Made by a program: the position numbers and the translations under genes. 64,000 bases of DNA, taken from positions 117,924,001-117,988,000 of the forward strand of contig OX597814.1 of NCBI GenBank assembly GCA_951406725.2. The letters run 5' to 3'. The first letter of the stretch is position 1; each line of letters opens with the position of its first letter. The notes under the pieces are model-generated. The model had not been told where the DNA came from, searched no databases, and saw only the letters and a program-made list of their open reading frames with translations. This document shows positions 1-14,400 of this stretch, piece by piece. This stretch comes from Octopus vulgaris. Lineage: Eukaryota.

Positions 1-1413
1 TAAATTTTGGATCATATCAATCTTGGTTATATAATCCACAACTTAGATGTTTATCTTTTATTTTAAGTGAAAGACGATTAGGCGATCATTTCTATTTAAG
101 TATACAATTTGAATAACGAATATTTTATTGATATCAAGCAAAAATACTGACAAGAATTTCTCATGAAAAACGCCCATCATACTTTAATTTCTATCTTCCC
201 TTATATACACCTTGACTGCTTTTATGAAAATTTAGACACAATTAAATTTTAAATTAGTCTCTAATGGCCAATTAATGCTCTAATTCTTGTTTGTGCTATA
301 AAGCAATTCTGTACGTAATGCACATACATCCCTGAACTTAATATATTCTAATCAATTGCTTTGATAGAGCTGTCACTTAACGCTACACCCTTTCAGTATT
401 GATTTCTACCAGGCCTTCGATTTACGGAGAAAAAAGGAGATGAAACTCTTTGATTTTTTTAGATCATTTGTTTCAAGCAGTAATGACATAAGCGAATAGT
501 CACTTTGTTTACAATGGATAGAGAAAATAGTCGGGGTCATGGAATCATCTCAGTTGTAGTTCTTCTGTGTTATATTGCGCCGAACACTCTATATTTGATT
601 TCTTTTGACTGTTTAACAACAGCAGCAGAAGCACGTGATTCGCAACAGTCTGATGCATTTCCAAAAATGCATTAAGCACCATAAAGGATGTCAATGATTC
701 AAATGATGCACAGAGAATGATATAAAGTGGTGCATGTTGCATTAACCAAATGCCAGAATATTTACCGAAAAATTTCATGGTTTATGTATTTTTATTTATA
801 TATAAGAAAGTATGTAAAAACTTAAGAATTATTTGTTATTCATTGATTGGGGACCAATACAAAGTGTAGCAATATTATTATCGTTGCTTATTAGATATTA
901 CGAAAAATATATATTGTGACGTTAGCATTGTTAATTTCAACGCAAATTCCTTATATCAAAAGTTTCAGCCGAAATACGCAATCGAATATGGATAGAAACT
1001 ATTATTGCCGGATTAATTATATAATGTTTCTGAATCAAACACGACCTCAAAACATTTGAGGGAAGGTTTTATCGGGCAACACATCTTTCATTAATTGATT
1101 GTCATCTTATTTTATCGACCTTAGAAAGATGACGCTACACTTATACTACAATCTTGCATTGTTTCCAGTATCTGGCCACTGCGTTTTATTTCTTAATAAT
1201 TTCATCAATTAGGTATATAGAGGTACCGTGATCCCGCAAAAGTTTTACACTGTATAATGTGATATGTTATTACAACTGCGATTCTCATCTCTTATTTCTA
1301 AGCAAAAATCATAAGTGGATAGGGGCCAGAAAGATACACATTATTTTCATTCGCTCCATGCATATGTTTGGTAATGAACTACAGCCGCTATAGATGCTCC
1401 TTTTTCCTTGTAG

Positions 1414-1437
1414 GTGGTTGGGTTAATTATCAAATGA
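1414..1437 (+). CDS. Candidate 24-nt microexon, phase 1-1, (G)GWVNYQM
   Basis: Acceptor tgctcctttttccttgtag, donor ATGA|gtaagc; open reading frame in phase 1. No homology support. Confidence 0.3.
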   Translation: MVGLIIK

Positions 1438-1527
1438 GTAAGCTGTTAACATTGTTTTGTGTTCGCTGCAATGGGCACTTGTGATTAGATTGTACTTGAA
1501 AAGTATATCTTTCTTTTGACATACTAG

Positions 1528-1629
1528 CGTATATCTTCATCGTTGCGGCAGCCTATATGACGCAGGCAATATGTCTAGGATAGAAAGACGCAAGCATTGT
1601 GGAAACGGCAATGGCCCAGCGTGAAGAAG
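1528..1629 (+). CDS. Candidate 102-nt exon, phase 1-1, with in-frame TAG: YIFIVAAAYMTQAICLG*KDASIVETAMAQREE
   Basis: Acceptor tctttcttttgacatactag, donor AAG|gtgcgt; GC-richer than the flanks; TAG at 1581-1583. Confidence 0.25.
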
Positions 1630-1874
1630 GTGCGTTTGAGTGCACACGTACATGTATCAGCATCTGTGACGGGTGGGGTGTAATCATATGTACGCAGTTA
1701 TGTGATTCTTTTTCTAGTAAAATATACCCGGTATTGTTAGTATACTATTATATTTAAGCCGCTCGCGTGCGTCTGGGTACGGAACTTTATTTACTTATCT
1801 CTATGTGTGCAGATATGCATTCGTTTATTCTTATATTTGTCTCAATCACATGCACAAACAGACACAGAAGCAGG

Positions 1875-1988
1875 CACACATATACATACGTACATATATA
1901 TATATACATACATGCATACATACACCAACTCACAAATACACAAATCCATACACACACACACACACACATACACACACACACGCGCACG

Positions 1989-2067
<79 letters not shown>

Positions 2068-2075
2068 GCATGTAT
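1875..2075. repeat. Compound (CA)n/(TA)n/(CATA)n microsatellite
   Basis: Directly visible. Confidence 0.95.
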
Positions 2076-2730
2076 GTTTGTTTGTAGTATACATAAGATC
2101 CAGATATTCTCCGTACAGAATAAACTTAGAAGCAGTCAAAGATTCAAATTTGAGCGAATATAGAAACAAATCTGGGCATAAGCAAACTAGACAGGACAAT
2201 ATATGAAAAACATATTAAACACATGATGGATATGTTACACATATATCAATTTTATATATTGTTGAATCTAATTTGCTTATCCCCACATTTGTTTCTCTCA
2301 CTCTCTTTGTAGGCATAACTAAAAATGCAATTCGTTAAGCCGCACGTGCTTTTGACGCTCGTGTCGGTTTAATAGATTGTATTTAAGACAAACCTCTGCT
2401 GATGATTTATAGATGTTTATGTAAGTAAAATTACATATTACATTAGTAATGAAACAATTTGGTCAGGGTCAATCTATTTATTCGTTATATTTCACTTTCC
2501 TTCCGTTAAATGTATGTTATTTCTAATTGGAAACATCTTTTTCTGTGACTGTTCTATCGGGGCTATTTTTAGCACTAGAGTTATCCACATAGTAGTTAAC
2601 TCTCTAATAATTTATATATATATATATACACTCACACACACATAAATATAAATAAATAAATATATATATATATGTATATATGACAAGGAACCGTTTGGTA
2701 TTTCAAATGTCATGAGTATGTGTGTTGCAG

Positions 2731-2816
2731 GCAATGCTGAGAGGAAACTGAATGATAGAGAATACCTGATGTTCAACAACTGTATTCGGTTCGTGGAATC
2801 TGATACAGACGAATAA
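2731..2816 (+). CDS. Candidate terminal coding exon, phase 1, NAERKLNDREYLMFNNCIRFVESDTDE*
   Basis: Acceptor tgtgttgcag (weak pyrimidine tract); TAA at 2814-2816; followed by several kb of repeat-poor, AATAAA-containing sequence. Confidence 0.25.
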
Positions 2817-3724
2817 ACAATAAAATCTACACAGCGACTGCAATAAATATCAGCAATAAAAATAACAACCACAATGTCTCTCTTATATGGTGATTTAACC
2901 ATTACTATCGCAGAGGAATTCGGTTTTCTGTGACTACACATCAAATAATACAAACGCAGTGAATATCTTTGTTTCTCAATAAATCAATAATGTACAACTT
3001 AGGTTCATGGGTTAAAAGTAGCAAAATTTACAATTGTTTATGGTGCAGTAATTCTTTGACCATAGTAACGCTTGACCTAATGGATCTGTGCGGTTTGTTT
3101 GAACGAATATGTTGATATGCTTTTCATGATTTTCAATGTTACCATTATGTGGTATTAAACATTATTCGTCCTCCTGCATTTGTTATAAGGCATTAGATGG
3201 TACCGTAAATATATTACGCTTTGTTTATAGGTCTTCTATCGAAAAGGCGCCATAAATGGCAGATATTCTACGTTAATGCGAATCTATGTTTTACTATCTC
3301 TTTTGAACTATTCAGCTCTTTTACTTTTGAGTAAGGTCAGTGTCATCCGAATTCATTAAATTAAAATGATGCATTTCAAACATTCAATCCAGGATCTATA
3401 ATGTAACTCTCAGTCGTATATAGTCATTTGTACATTTGTTATTAGTACACAGGTAAATTTGTCATTTTGGCAATTTAGGATAACTATTGATTTCGCTTGG
3501 CTGCATTTGGTTTAAAGGAAATTTTATATGAACTCTGATTTTGCAACAAATTATGTGATATCTGTAGATGGTAACTAAGACAACTATGGACAAATGCACT
3601 GGTTGTATTTTACTTGGATTAATCAAACAATATCTTAGTTACTTGGTTAACTGTCTAACCAATTGGCAAATAAAGACGCGAAATAGAAATGTAATCTTAG
3701 GGGTTTAAGGGATTATCATTACTC

Positions 3725-3938
3725 ACTTATTTCTTTATTGACCACAACGGGTTAAACATAGATGGGACAAACAAGGGATTCAGTTGAATATATCGACCCC
3801 AGTGCGTAACTGGTACTTAATTTATCAACCCCAAAATGATGAAAGGCAAGGTATACCTCGGCGGAATTTGAACTCAGAACGTAACGGTAGACGAAATACC
3901 ACTAAGCATTTCACCAGGCGCGCTAAAGTTTCTGCCAG
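3725..3938 (-). mobile_element. SINE family A (tRNA-derived), near full length
   Basis: Minus strand reads tggcagaaac...gagttcaaattccgccgagg...gcctttcatc...aagtaccagttacgcactggggtcgat, shared with copies at 14955, 21626, 26266, 30184 and 46111. Possible TSD attatca at 3712-3718 and 3941-3947. Confidence 0.85.
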
Positions 3939-6014
3939 TAATTATCAATATGCACTCTGAATCCTTAGGAAGTATACGCATGCATGGCCTTCATATGTTT
4001 TTCTTCTTCCTTCATTTTTTGCATCGTCTTTTAGAGGAAATCTTACAGAGGGATTTAACGATTGAATCGAGTTCTAAACCATATCAGTGTCTGTGCCAAA
4101 TTTTGGTGTGTGTCTCTGGGGGGGGGGGTGTGAGCAACATACTAGATTATATACTGATAACCGTAAAGCAACTACATATGATGGAAGAGCACATCGTACA
4201 GCTTCCTATATTCATTTACAGAGAGACAATTTGGTGGTTTTGTCTTGCTTTTCACTGCAATATATTCTGCTCATAGGATGTTCTATACTCCGCATGACAT
4301 GCCAAGATGTGCTTCCTTAAATTGTTATCAATGACATACGATTTGATACACATTTCCAGGAATTACAGCTAACCTGATGAGGAATCAATTATTATCCATC
4401 CTCCTCTAGTTGATATAAGAGACGCTACTATTTCTTTGAGAGACTAAATTCTAAAAGGCAGTAGTGTAAATTGGAGAGATTGTAAGTCAATGGAGTGTTA
4501 TATTTTACTCTCTCTGTTAAATTATGCAACAGATTCGTTTAATAGTTTGGTCAGCAGCACTTAAATTTGTCGATTGTGGGATCGATAAGGCAATTCTAGG
4601 CCATCAGTTTAGTAATTTATTTCTGTACGCCGGGAAAAGGGTCATTTGGCTAAATTAGAAACTAACATCAGCACAAATAAAGGATTTATTTCATTTGATA
4701 TTATTAATAGCAACATGCGCTAGTATTAACTTCTAAAACACCACAAACGCTTGTATTTAGTTAGCGACAGATTCCGGTATAGACTTAAACTTTGTGATAC
4801 GTTTGTATATTTGTGACATACTATGCAAATAAAAGTTTTATACAAGAAATAGTGACTGCTTTTTAATCAATTTCGAATACGGAATATCGATTTCTAACTA
4901 TGATTATAATTTCATTCTGCTTTATATTGTAATATGCGGAGGCAAATAACATACCAATTACATCCAAATTGCTACTTTGTTTATAACCTCGGTGTCATAC
5001 AACATCGTCCTCATACATCCTATAGCTTAAAACGATGACGAAAGCTTACAAATCAGTTAATGGAAAATATACCTCTAATAATATGTATACTCTCGCAGTT
5101 GCTTGATAATTTGCGTTAGTAGCAAATTTTGATGACGAATATGGCTGTCAGCATTCTATAACTATAACTGGTCAGGTCATAAGAGTTGACAACGTATTTT
5201 ACATTTTACAGCTACGGTTTACTATGCTAATGTTGTATGTTATAACGGTTTTTAAGTGTACATTGAGAAGATAACGTTGGGAATATGACATTGTAACGTT
5301 GATTAGATGAAAATATCAGTAGATGTAACACCACTACATGAAGAACGCTTTGAATGCCTCCCGTCAGGGCATTGAAATTATGCAATTATGTAAAAATATT
5401 GGTATTTATAGAATATTTTATTTCATTTTTATAATATAAAACATATCTATCAACGTCTTTCTAGAAAATATCATATGTTATAACAAACGTAAATATATTT
5501 CTATATATTGTACATGAAGGTCCAAATTTTAACAACGACTATTTTGTGTATATAAACGCAATGCTTACATTCTTTGCACCATTTTTGTTTACGTTAAAAA
5601 GATTGATATGCTGTATTATACAATAGTTTTGGCATCATGTAATTAGTGATAAAGCGTGAGAAATAAACTGAAAATAATATACTTATATAATATAGTGTAA
5701 AACACATTTATAAGTTGTTTTTTTTTTCAATCAATACATACGATGACGAATGCAAACAATATTATGTATGTCCGTGACAGAAAAAGAAGGAATGTATCGT
5801 ATATAGATGCATATTTACATTTTTTGTAACCTACTGTGTTGGCTAAATTAAGTATAGATACACACTACAGTATATCATAACAGCGAAACAAAACACTGTT
5901 TAAACACTAGTAGTGTTAACACATTAGCATACTCATATTTCTTAGTCGTGAGTAATTTCAGATGATCAACATTCTCAGATATATCGGTGGATACTTTTAG
6001 TTGTTCAGCGGTAA

Positions 6015-6076
6015 AATCCGCTGTTATTCCCATCCACTGTTATTCTCATCCACTGTTATTCTCATCCACTGTTATA
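6015..6076. repeat. 16-bp minisatellite (catccactgttattct) x ~4
   Basis: Units start at 6015, 6031, 6047 and 6063. Confidence 0.9.
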
Positions 6077-7632
6077 CGTTTTCTATCTTCTCAATATACA
6101 CACTGTATCAATAATATGAACGCGTCCATTTAGACGTAGCTGTAAAAACATGATCGCATTACTTACAGTGATAAAACAATGAATACATATATCCGTCAGA
6201 TGAAGATATGTATTAACTTGATCTTTCATGAGTGCAGACATATTTTTAAATTGTTGGGGTTAGAAAGATGGACAGTGCACTAAGTGTTCGAGGCACCCAT
6301 TAGACCAGTGACACTGGTGGCATTAATATTGCTCTGGAGCAGTTAAACCAATCATTTACGGAGAAAACAGGGATCGTGAGAAACCTCTAGAGGTTGATGA
6401 CGATTGTGGGACGGAATGATTAATCGTAGTGATTGGCCTACACTGTCGGACACAGCAAATTTGGTGAGAGCAGGAGTGAAATTTGTGTGTCGGGAATGCT
6501 AGAGCGCATGTGATATGTGAAAAGAGAATGGAGTCTATTAGAGAGAGAGAGAGAGAGAGAGGACTACGTGCAAATGCAGGTCACACACAGTTTAGGACGT
6601 TTCTGTGAATTCTTTGATGCGAATCAGTGAACCAGATCTTTTTTCTGAATGCAGTAAAGATGTCTCGAGTGTTGCAGCTGCATCGGTACTGATATGAGAG
6701 CAATATTTTATTCTGAATGTCATATAATCATCGTAATTTATCCTAATTATAGCGGTTGAGGAATTGTAATAAATAGATGGGCAAATATTTAAAATATTCT
6801 CTTTATAAACATAGGGGCTATATATTTCGTGTGTATTTTTTATTGGAAGCGATTTATAGAAATGTTCACACTAAATATTTGAAATACTCACGCCATAGTG
6901 ATGCGACACCGATTAACATATTTTGTAATCTAACTGAATGGAATGTGTAGGGATATACATTAATCAACTAAGTACATACTGATAGCAATTATGGTTTTAA
7001 GATCGCCATTTGCATGAAAAGCAATTAGAGATTTTTGTCTCGCTTCTAAATGTAATAAACGTGGTGCCTTTTAGAGCATATATGATCCATACTGTGTCCG
7101 AAAAGATATTACAGCAGGAACTGAAAAAATTGCGGCGCATTTGTGCATGATTCCAAATTCAAATATGTTATGCGAAATATGTTCCGCGATACAGTCACAA
7201 ACTAGAGCATGTGTGTAGGCACGTATGTAGGCACGTATGTATGTGTGTACATATATATATATATATACATATATATGGAAGTATGTATGTATACATATAT
7301 ATATATGTGTGTGTGTGCGTGTGTATGCTCCCATAGGACCCATGGACATTATAAGTATTATAATAGTTTTTAGTAATAAGCTGTGGATATGGTGAGTTGA
7401 TCTTATAAAAATACATTGAATGCAGAAACACATGTAGCAACATAATAAAATATATATCTCCATCCGTGAAGTATTTCTCATCATTAGTATAGTTATCCTC
7501 CTCTATACGGCGTATACATAGCAATCCCATATTGTTAATTCAGCATGTTAGGAAGAAGATATTGTAGCCAGCAACTAGTAGCATAGGGGCTTTTGTGAGC
7601 GTACCATTATACATGTGCCACATACAAGATGC

Positions 7633-7690
<58 letters not shown>

Positions 7691-10504
7691 GTGAGGGAGA
7701 GAAATTGCAGTAAATTGTGAAGAAATATCGTAAAACGGAGCGACTGTATATAGTCAAATTTCTCGTCCATTAGTGTGGTGTAATGCAACATATCCGTAGT
7801 TGGTTGAAGAAAACGTGTTTTGCGATTAGTATTCCCATCATATGATGCATACCTATCTTATCAGTTTTAGTCAAGCATTTTTAGAATCTAAACCCCTAAC
7901 AGGATTTTGACATAAATAGATACGTTTCATTTATACAGATAATTATGTATGGATATACTTAAGTCTATGAACGTTTCATTACTACTAAGGATAGATGTTT
8001 GTGACAAGTATTCTCGAGGGCCAAAGAGAGACCTTTAGCAACTATATTGGGATTCCTTTAATTGTATTATTCGCTAAAGATTCGAAGGATGAGTTAGGTT
8101 ATTAGCTTCGATTACTATTGAATTTTGCATCATTGATTAACAGATTTCGTATATATGATTGGTGTATAATGTACGTATCCTCTAAATCAATAGAACTGAA
8201 CTAGTGGATCATGATTTATAACCAATTCTGAAAGTTTGATATCATTTGATCCGATATTATTTATAGCTTTAATCACTTTAGTAAATATGAACATTAAAAC
8301 AGGAAATATCGCCCCAAGCCATCAATTTACATATGAATAACTTTGCATTCAATTGTAATTTATTATTCCCAGTATCATCTGTTGGTCAATAAGTTCATAT
8401 CTAAAGGCGAGTGATGGGGACGAAAGAGAGAAATGTCAAGTATCGATTCCATACGACGTACATTATCACTAAAGATATTCTTGTTCTTTTTTTTTTTGTT
8501 ATCTTAATGTATTCTGCAACTGAATAATTACATTCTTTTCCACGTTTCCTCATGAACCGAGGTAAGAGATAAAAGGCAAGAAAAGAATAGAGAAAGAAAT
8601 GTTACAGAATATATTTATTAGACGTGGCACGAATTTAATCCAAAGCATCCATACAACAGGGGGGAAATTAGTGTTCTAAGTGACCTACATATATATTGCT
8701 CACATTGTAATATAGTTATGACTATATATTTATCGATATGCTATTAAGAGTCTTAAAGTTATATCAAATGACAAACAAAAACGGGGCAAAATGATTACGT
8801 GCACAATCAGATTTACTTATAAAATCGTCCCGTTATTGGATGATGTTGTACAGAATGAGGGATGCTTTATCTACTGACATATGGTTTCTCTATGGCTGTG
8901 CGATATACAACGTAGTGTAACTAATGTAATGATGCTTTCGAGAATTAAAGATGACTGCATGCAGCATTTTATATATCATCAACTATAAATATTATCGTTA
9001 TTCTCCTAATAACTGTCCACACATTTTTCTATATTAGATCGCACTTCATCATCAAAATACTTCTATATACATATGCATCACCTGTAATTATGTTACTAGT
9101 TTTACTGAATGGGCTGCGACAAATGGAATTTTGTCAATGACATTTATTCCAGTATAATGAACAATTTTTATTTATTTCATCCTCGTTCTTTTTCGAATGG
9201 AGAACTTATGCTCATAGTTAAAACGACATAACTGAATGTAATACGTGTATTTCCTCGCGTAAGATCATAAAAACGCATGCGCGCACACACACGCATACAG
9301 ACATATGCATACACGCATATACATATATATGCGTGTGTGTTTGTATATGTATGTATATATGTATGCATGTGTGTATGTGTGTATATGTATGTATGTACGT
9401 GCGTATGTATGTGTGTATGTATGCATATATGTATATGTATTTTCTGTACTGGAGCAGCTACTAATTCCGCCACACATAGCTAAGTTTATTATTAGTGTTG
9501 AAGAATGAAACTCTGATGCTTATTCCTACACACCCGTATTGTTATGCTCAGTATCTACGGAGCTTAAACGATAACAACTAAGTACACGTACATTACATTA
9601 AACATGTAGTTATAGTAATTATGATTGCATGTATAGAAGTTGTGATTATTGAGAGTATATGTCCGGTGAGTATATATTCGAAAATAATGACAAATTGTTA
9701 TAATCTTATTGAGTCTCTGAATTTCACTAAATCAAGAAATAAAACCGTATCCCACTTGGAATAACCTTTAATAGTAAACTCCAGCAAATGGCCTTTATTC
9801 AAACTCAACATATTCGACTATATGAGGTTGTGAAAAATCATATATCTCTCTTTCTGCTTCAGAAAAATTTTAACGATTCTGTAACTCTTTGATTCCAATC
9901 AAATAAATTTGGGGTTGATTTCTATAGCGGATATTAAAGAATTCATTAATGTATTTCTGTGAACATTTGAACTTTTGTTGTGTGGTGTACATATATTTAT
10001 GTATATTATGGATATTAAAGAATTCATTAATGTATATCAGTGAACATTTGAACTTTTCCGCATCAGTAAATAGAGTTTGTTTTTCTTTTCTTTTACACGA
10101 TTACTTAGCGCTGAATGAAAATATATGAAGAGAGAGATACAGGGGTGTAACTAAAAAACGTGAGTTAATTAATTGAGAAAATTGAACCGAAAGCCTATAG
10201 CGGGTCTGGATTATGTTTGTGTTTTTCTTTTCTAGATTTATATGCAAATGATGTAACTAAAAGAACTGTTTTAGTAATACAGAAAGATCTAAAGCTGCAA
10301 AGGTGAAGATAGATAAACAAAACGAAAATGAGAGAGAAAAGAGGATATAAAAAGATTAAAAGTTGAGAGTTAGAGAAAGACAGACTAAATGTAGATAACA
10401 GAAATGAAGAATTTATACAATGTGACGATTATAGAATGCTGTTGAACATAAGATGAAATAGTATCGATTTGTTATGGGCAGAAGCAACACTCATGTACCA
10501 GACT

Positions 10505-10748
<244 letters not shown>

Positions 10749-11127
10749 AGAAGCAAAAATGCTAATTCTGGAATCTGTGCATGAGATCACTGCGGTAGTT
10801 GACGAGTAATATTCTTACCCACTTCAACATGGCTCTCCATTCGAACGGAATCTACTGCGAATTTTAACCCCAATTTTTTATCCCCGGGTAACATCCTGGT
10901 AAACGTTGCAGAGCTGCATTCGATAAATTGCGTGCAGAGGAACGAACACCTGCTATCTACTAGCGACAGTATCCGTAAACAAGTCCTGGTTTCGGGGAAT
11001 TTCTGCCATTTCGGTACTAGACACCACATCTGCTAGAGATGACAGTAGCTCGCCTCTGCTCGCAACACACACACACATATATATTATATATACATATTAC
11101 AAGCGAGCACACACACACACATATATA

Positions 11128-11412
11128 CCTCTCTCTCACTCTCTTGATCTGTATAAATATATGTACACCACACAACTACACGCAAACATACATACACACA
11201 CACTTATATATGCCTTCCTGTCACTCTCTCGACACCCACACGCGCACACATACATGCACGACGTATATATGCCTCTCTCTCACTCTCTTATTCTGTATAA
11301 ATATATGTACACCACACACCCACACGCACACACACACATACACACACATACATACACACATATATATCCCTCTCTGTCACTCTCTCGTTCTGTGTAAATA
11401 TATGTACATCAC
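11128..11412. repeat. CA-rich minisatellite, three copies of cctctctc(t)cactctct..tctgtataaatatatgtacac
   Basis: Copies near 11128, 11272 and 11369, separated by CA-rich spacers. Confidence 0.7.
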
Positions 11413-11469
11413 CTACCCACACTCACACACACATACACACTACGTAAACAATATTCCACTCTTATATTT

Positions 11470-11958
11470 AAGAGACTTAGACAAAAAAACATGCCGCTTC
11501 ATTGATATGACTGTCCCAATTGATATAAACGTATCTGTCAAGATCTACCAGAAACTGAGCAAACATAAAGATCTGGAAATAGAAATCAGCAAAATGTGGA
11601 ACCTGAAGACTAAAACAGTACCTGTTGTCATAAGTGACCTGGGAATGATAGCAAGAGGGGCTGATTGCTACCTAACTCAGATACCAGGAAACCCCAAAAT
11701 GGCAGAAATTTAAAAGATAGTGCTCATGGGAACTGCTCATATCCTACGCAATATACTTTCTATGTAATCTCAAGTTTTAAGACAAACATAATTTTCGTAT
11801 GATTTTTTAGACATTCACTAGTACCACACTAAGTACAAAACCAAATATATGGCACCCTAGGCATAACACCAACATGAACGTCCAGCTTGTTGTCTTTTGA
11901 GGTTTCTGAGTGAAACTTGGAGTCAGCTTGTGCTAATGTAAAGCAAATGTCAAACATA
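11470..11958 (+). mobile_element. 3' end of an R4/Dong-like non-LTR retrotransposon (restriction-like endonuclease C-terminus + 3' UTR)
   Basis: Translates as KTCRFIDMTVPIDINVSVKIYQKLSKHKDLEIEISKMWNLKTKTVPVVISDLGMI...KIVLMGTAHILR, typical of the RLE tail; runs into (AAT)n. Confidence 0.85.
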
Positions 11959-11959
11959 G

Positions 11960-12124
<165 letters not shown>

Positions 12125-12172
12125 GTCGAGAAACAACTTAGGAATGAGAACCCAGGTTCGAAATTTCCACAA

Positions 12173-12219
12173 GACATCTGATGAAGGCTTGGAGGGTGTA
12201 TCAGCCGAAACTTTGTGTT
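12173..12219 (+). ncRNA. Penelope-type minimal hammerhead ribozyme motif (probably degenerate)
   Basis: GACAT-CTGATGA-A-GGCT..loop..AGCC-GAAAC-TTT-GTGTT: both core boxes, stem II GGCT/AGCC, stem I GACAU/GUGUU. Stem III lacks the usual palindromic ACGU. Confidence 0.55.
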
Positions 12220-13675
12220 AGCAACAAACAAGATGAGGTCAAATATCCGTTGAATGTAAATAATGTAAATGGTGTAAATATTCCACTCAATTTAAATTTC
12301 TAAATACGAAGATGTAAAACATCTACTGAAAATATTACTGTAGACTTGCTATACACAGCCACGTATGATATGACTATTCCTTAGCTATTACATTCATATG
12401 AATATATGTAAGCGTAAACAAATATGTATTCGTTTATATTCAGTAGTAGAAGATCGAATGAATATACTGATCTTAATGTGCCGTTAGTATGAAAACTAAT
12501 AAAACTATGAAGAAACGCAGAGTGAAAGAAAATAAAATATTTCATCACCTCTAACCAATTGTGAGTTAGCATGTTTTATTTGTATGTGTGTGTATACGTA
12601 CGAATGTGAAGATGTCAGGAGAGTGATACATATATAATGTATATAATATTGGTGTGTATGTTTGTAAATGCTGTTACATCAACTGCCACCCAAGATAATG
12701 ACTTGATTTTTAAAATCCATTTACCCCCGACTAAAATTAAACAACTATCTTGTGGCATTTGCAATAAACAGGAAGTTAAAAAGAAAAAAATGTTGCCAAT
12801 CTTTAAGAATAAACCGGAATTGATAACGCAGTGTGACAAAACTTTTATTCATGATTTTCTTGTTATGTCTTCATCAGCAAGTGTTACTTCATATTTGCTT
12901 CCATCCAGAAATAAAAGAAAATGACACCTTCTTACTCTATACTTTGCTTTTGTGACATGAATATCAATGTTTTGAAACTGACTTATTTTCAATTACATTT
13001 ACGACAGATTTAGTACTGAATTCCTGAAACAGAAATATCATTATAGGAAATATTCTGTTCAATGACTGAAATTTGCTTGTTAATTCCTTGACCGTCACCA
13101 CTTCAGCATATCCACTAGTGGCCGACATTATGCCAATCTCTCATCATGAGCAGGAGCAGTGGGGAAGCATCATAGCCATGTGTTGAGAGGGATTATTTGG
13201 GGGTTGAATACATATAACAAGAGCAAAATTTGAAGGAAATATTGTCCATTTTGCATGTTCTTGACGTAAGCAAGCAGAAATCTTGTTATACCGTGTAATA
13301 TGTTAAGAAAATAATATTCAGTTTCTGTATAAGATTCCTTTCATTACTATACAGTGTTTAGAAAATGTCGGCAGCTAGAAGCGAAATATGAATGCAAAAA
13401 TATTTTCGCTGTGTCATTTCTGCCTTCTTATACGAAACTTTCCGATCAATGAGAGATTTTTACGTGACACGGAAAATACAATATTATTTTATGGAACGTA
13501 ATAGAGGACCCCTGCACATGAATGTTTGGTCCTACGTCATACTACAGTATTAATTATTACTGGATACATAAAATCGACTCTACCCACATTTATATAACAT
13601 AACTTCACGCAGACATATACAATACTAGCACAGACGGACACGCACGTACATACACACATATCTATGGATGTATAG

Positions 13676-13769
<94 letters not shown>

Positions 13770-14029
13770 TATAGGCATGTACAGTTCTCTTCTCCCCGCC
13801 CTTCACAATATGGTGACCACCATCTAGCACTGCTTTCTTCCTTTTCTCTTCCTCTCTCTTTCTTCTTTCTCCTATTTCTTTTGACCAATGTGTTTTCCCT
13901 TCTAATGTACTTCCCTATTCTCCTCTCTCCATCTTCTTCGCCCTACCAGTATTTTTTTTCAAAATTTCATTTACACTACAAGATCCATTTGTATGAACCA
14001 TACAGCTCTCCATTTGTACTAACAAAATA

Positions 14030-14400
14030 TGAACTCGTATCGGAATGGACAGGAGGCCTCTTTACCCTTTCTACACAGCACATTCCTCACATATAAGTAA
14101 ACATCTTTCAGTAATCCAATGAAGCAATGTAGAAAAGTCAAGGACATTCCGTCACGGATCATGCCCCTATTCTGTAAAAATGATTGTTGTTCTTCAGTGA
14201 AACATTCTTCAACATGATTGAAGCTGACTCACTCTTGAACCGAAAGTTTCAACTTGTAAAGAGTTATGGGAACTATTCGAGGTTTCAAATTCCGGTGCCT
14301 TTTTTTTTTACCGAAATCTTTGCCACTACTCTCCATTCCATTTGCCTTGTTGTTTTAGGTAATAAGATATTGCAATTTACTGCCTGGTACTTTGTACGTT
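14030..14400 (-). mobile_element. Ancient retrotransposon remnant, possibly L1/Tx1-like ORF1 with decayed zinc knuckle
   Basis: Homologous in inverted orientation to 28890-29060; Cys-rich LICEEC...ASCP reading across frameshifts. Confidence 0.35.

Noticed and set aside
6015-6076. Short regular repeats as a possible CRISPR array
   Set aside because: No spacers, eukaryotic context and no cas genes.
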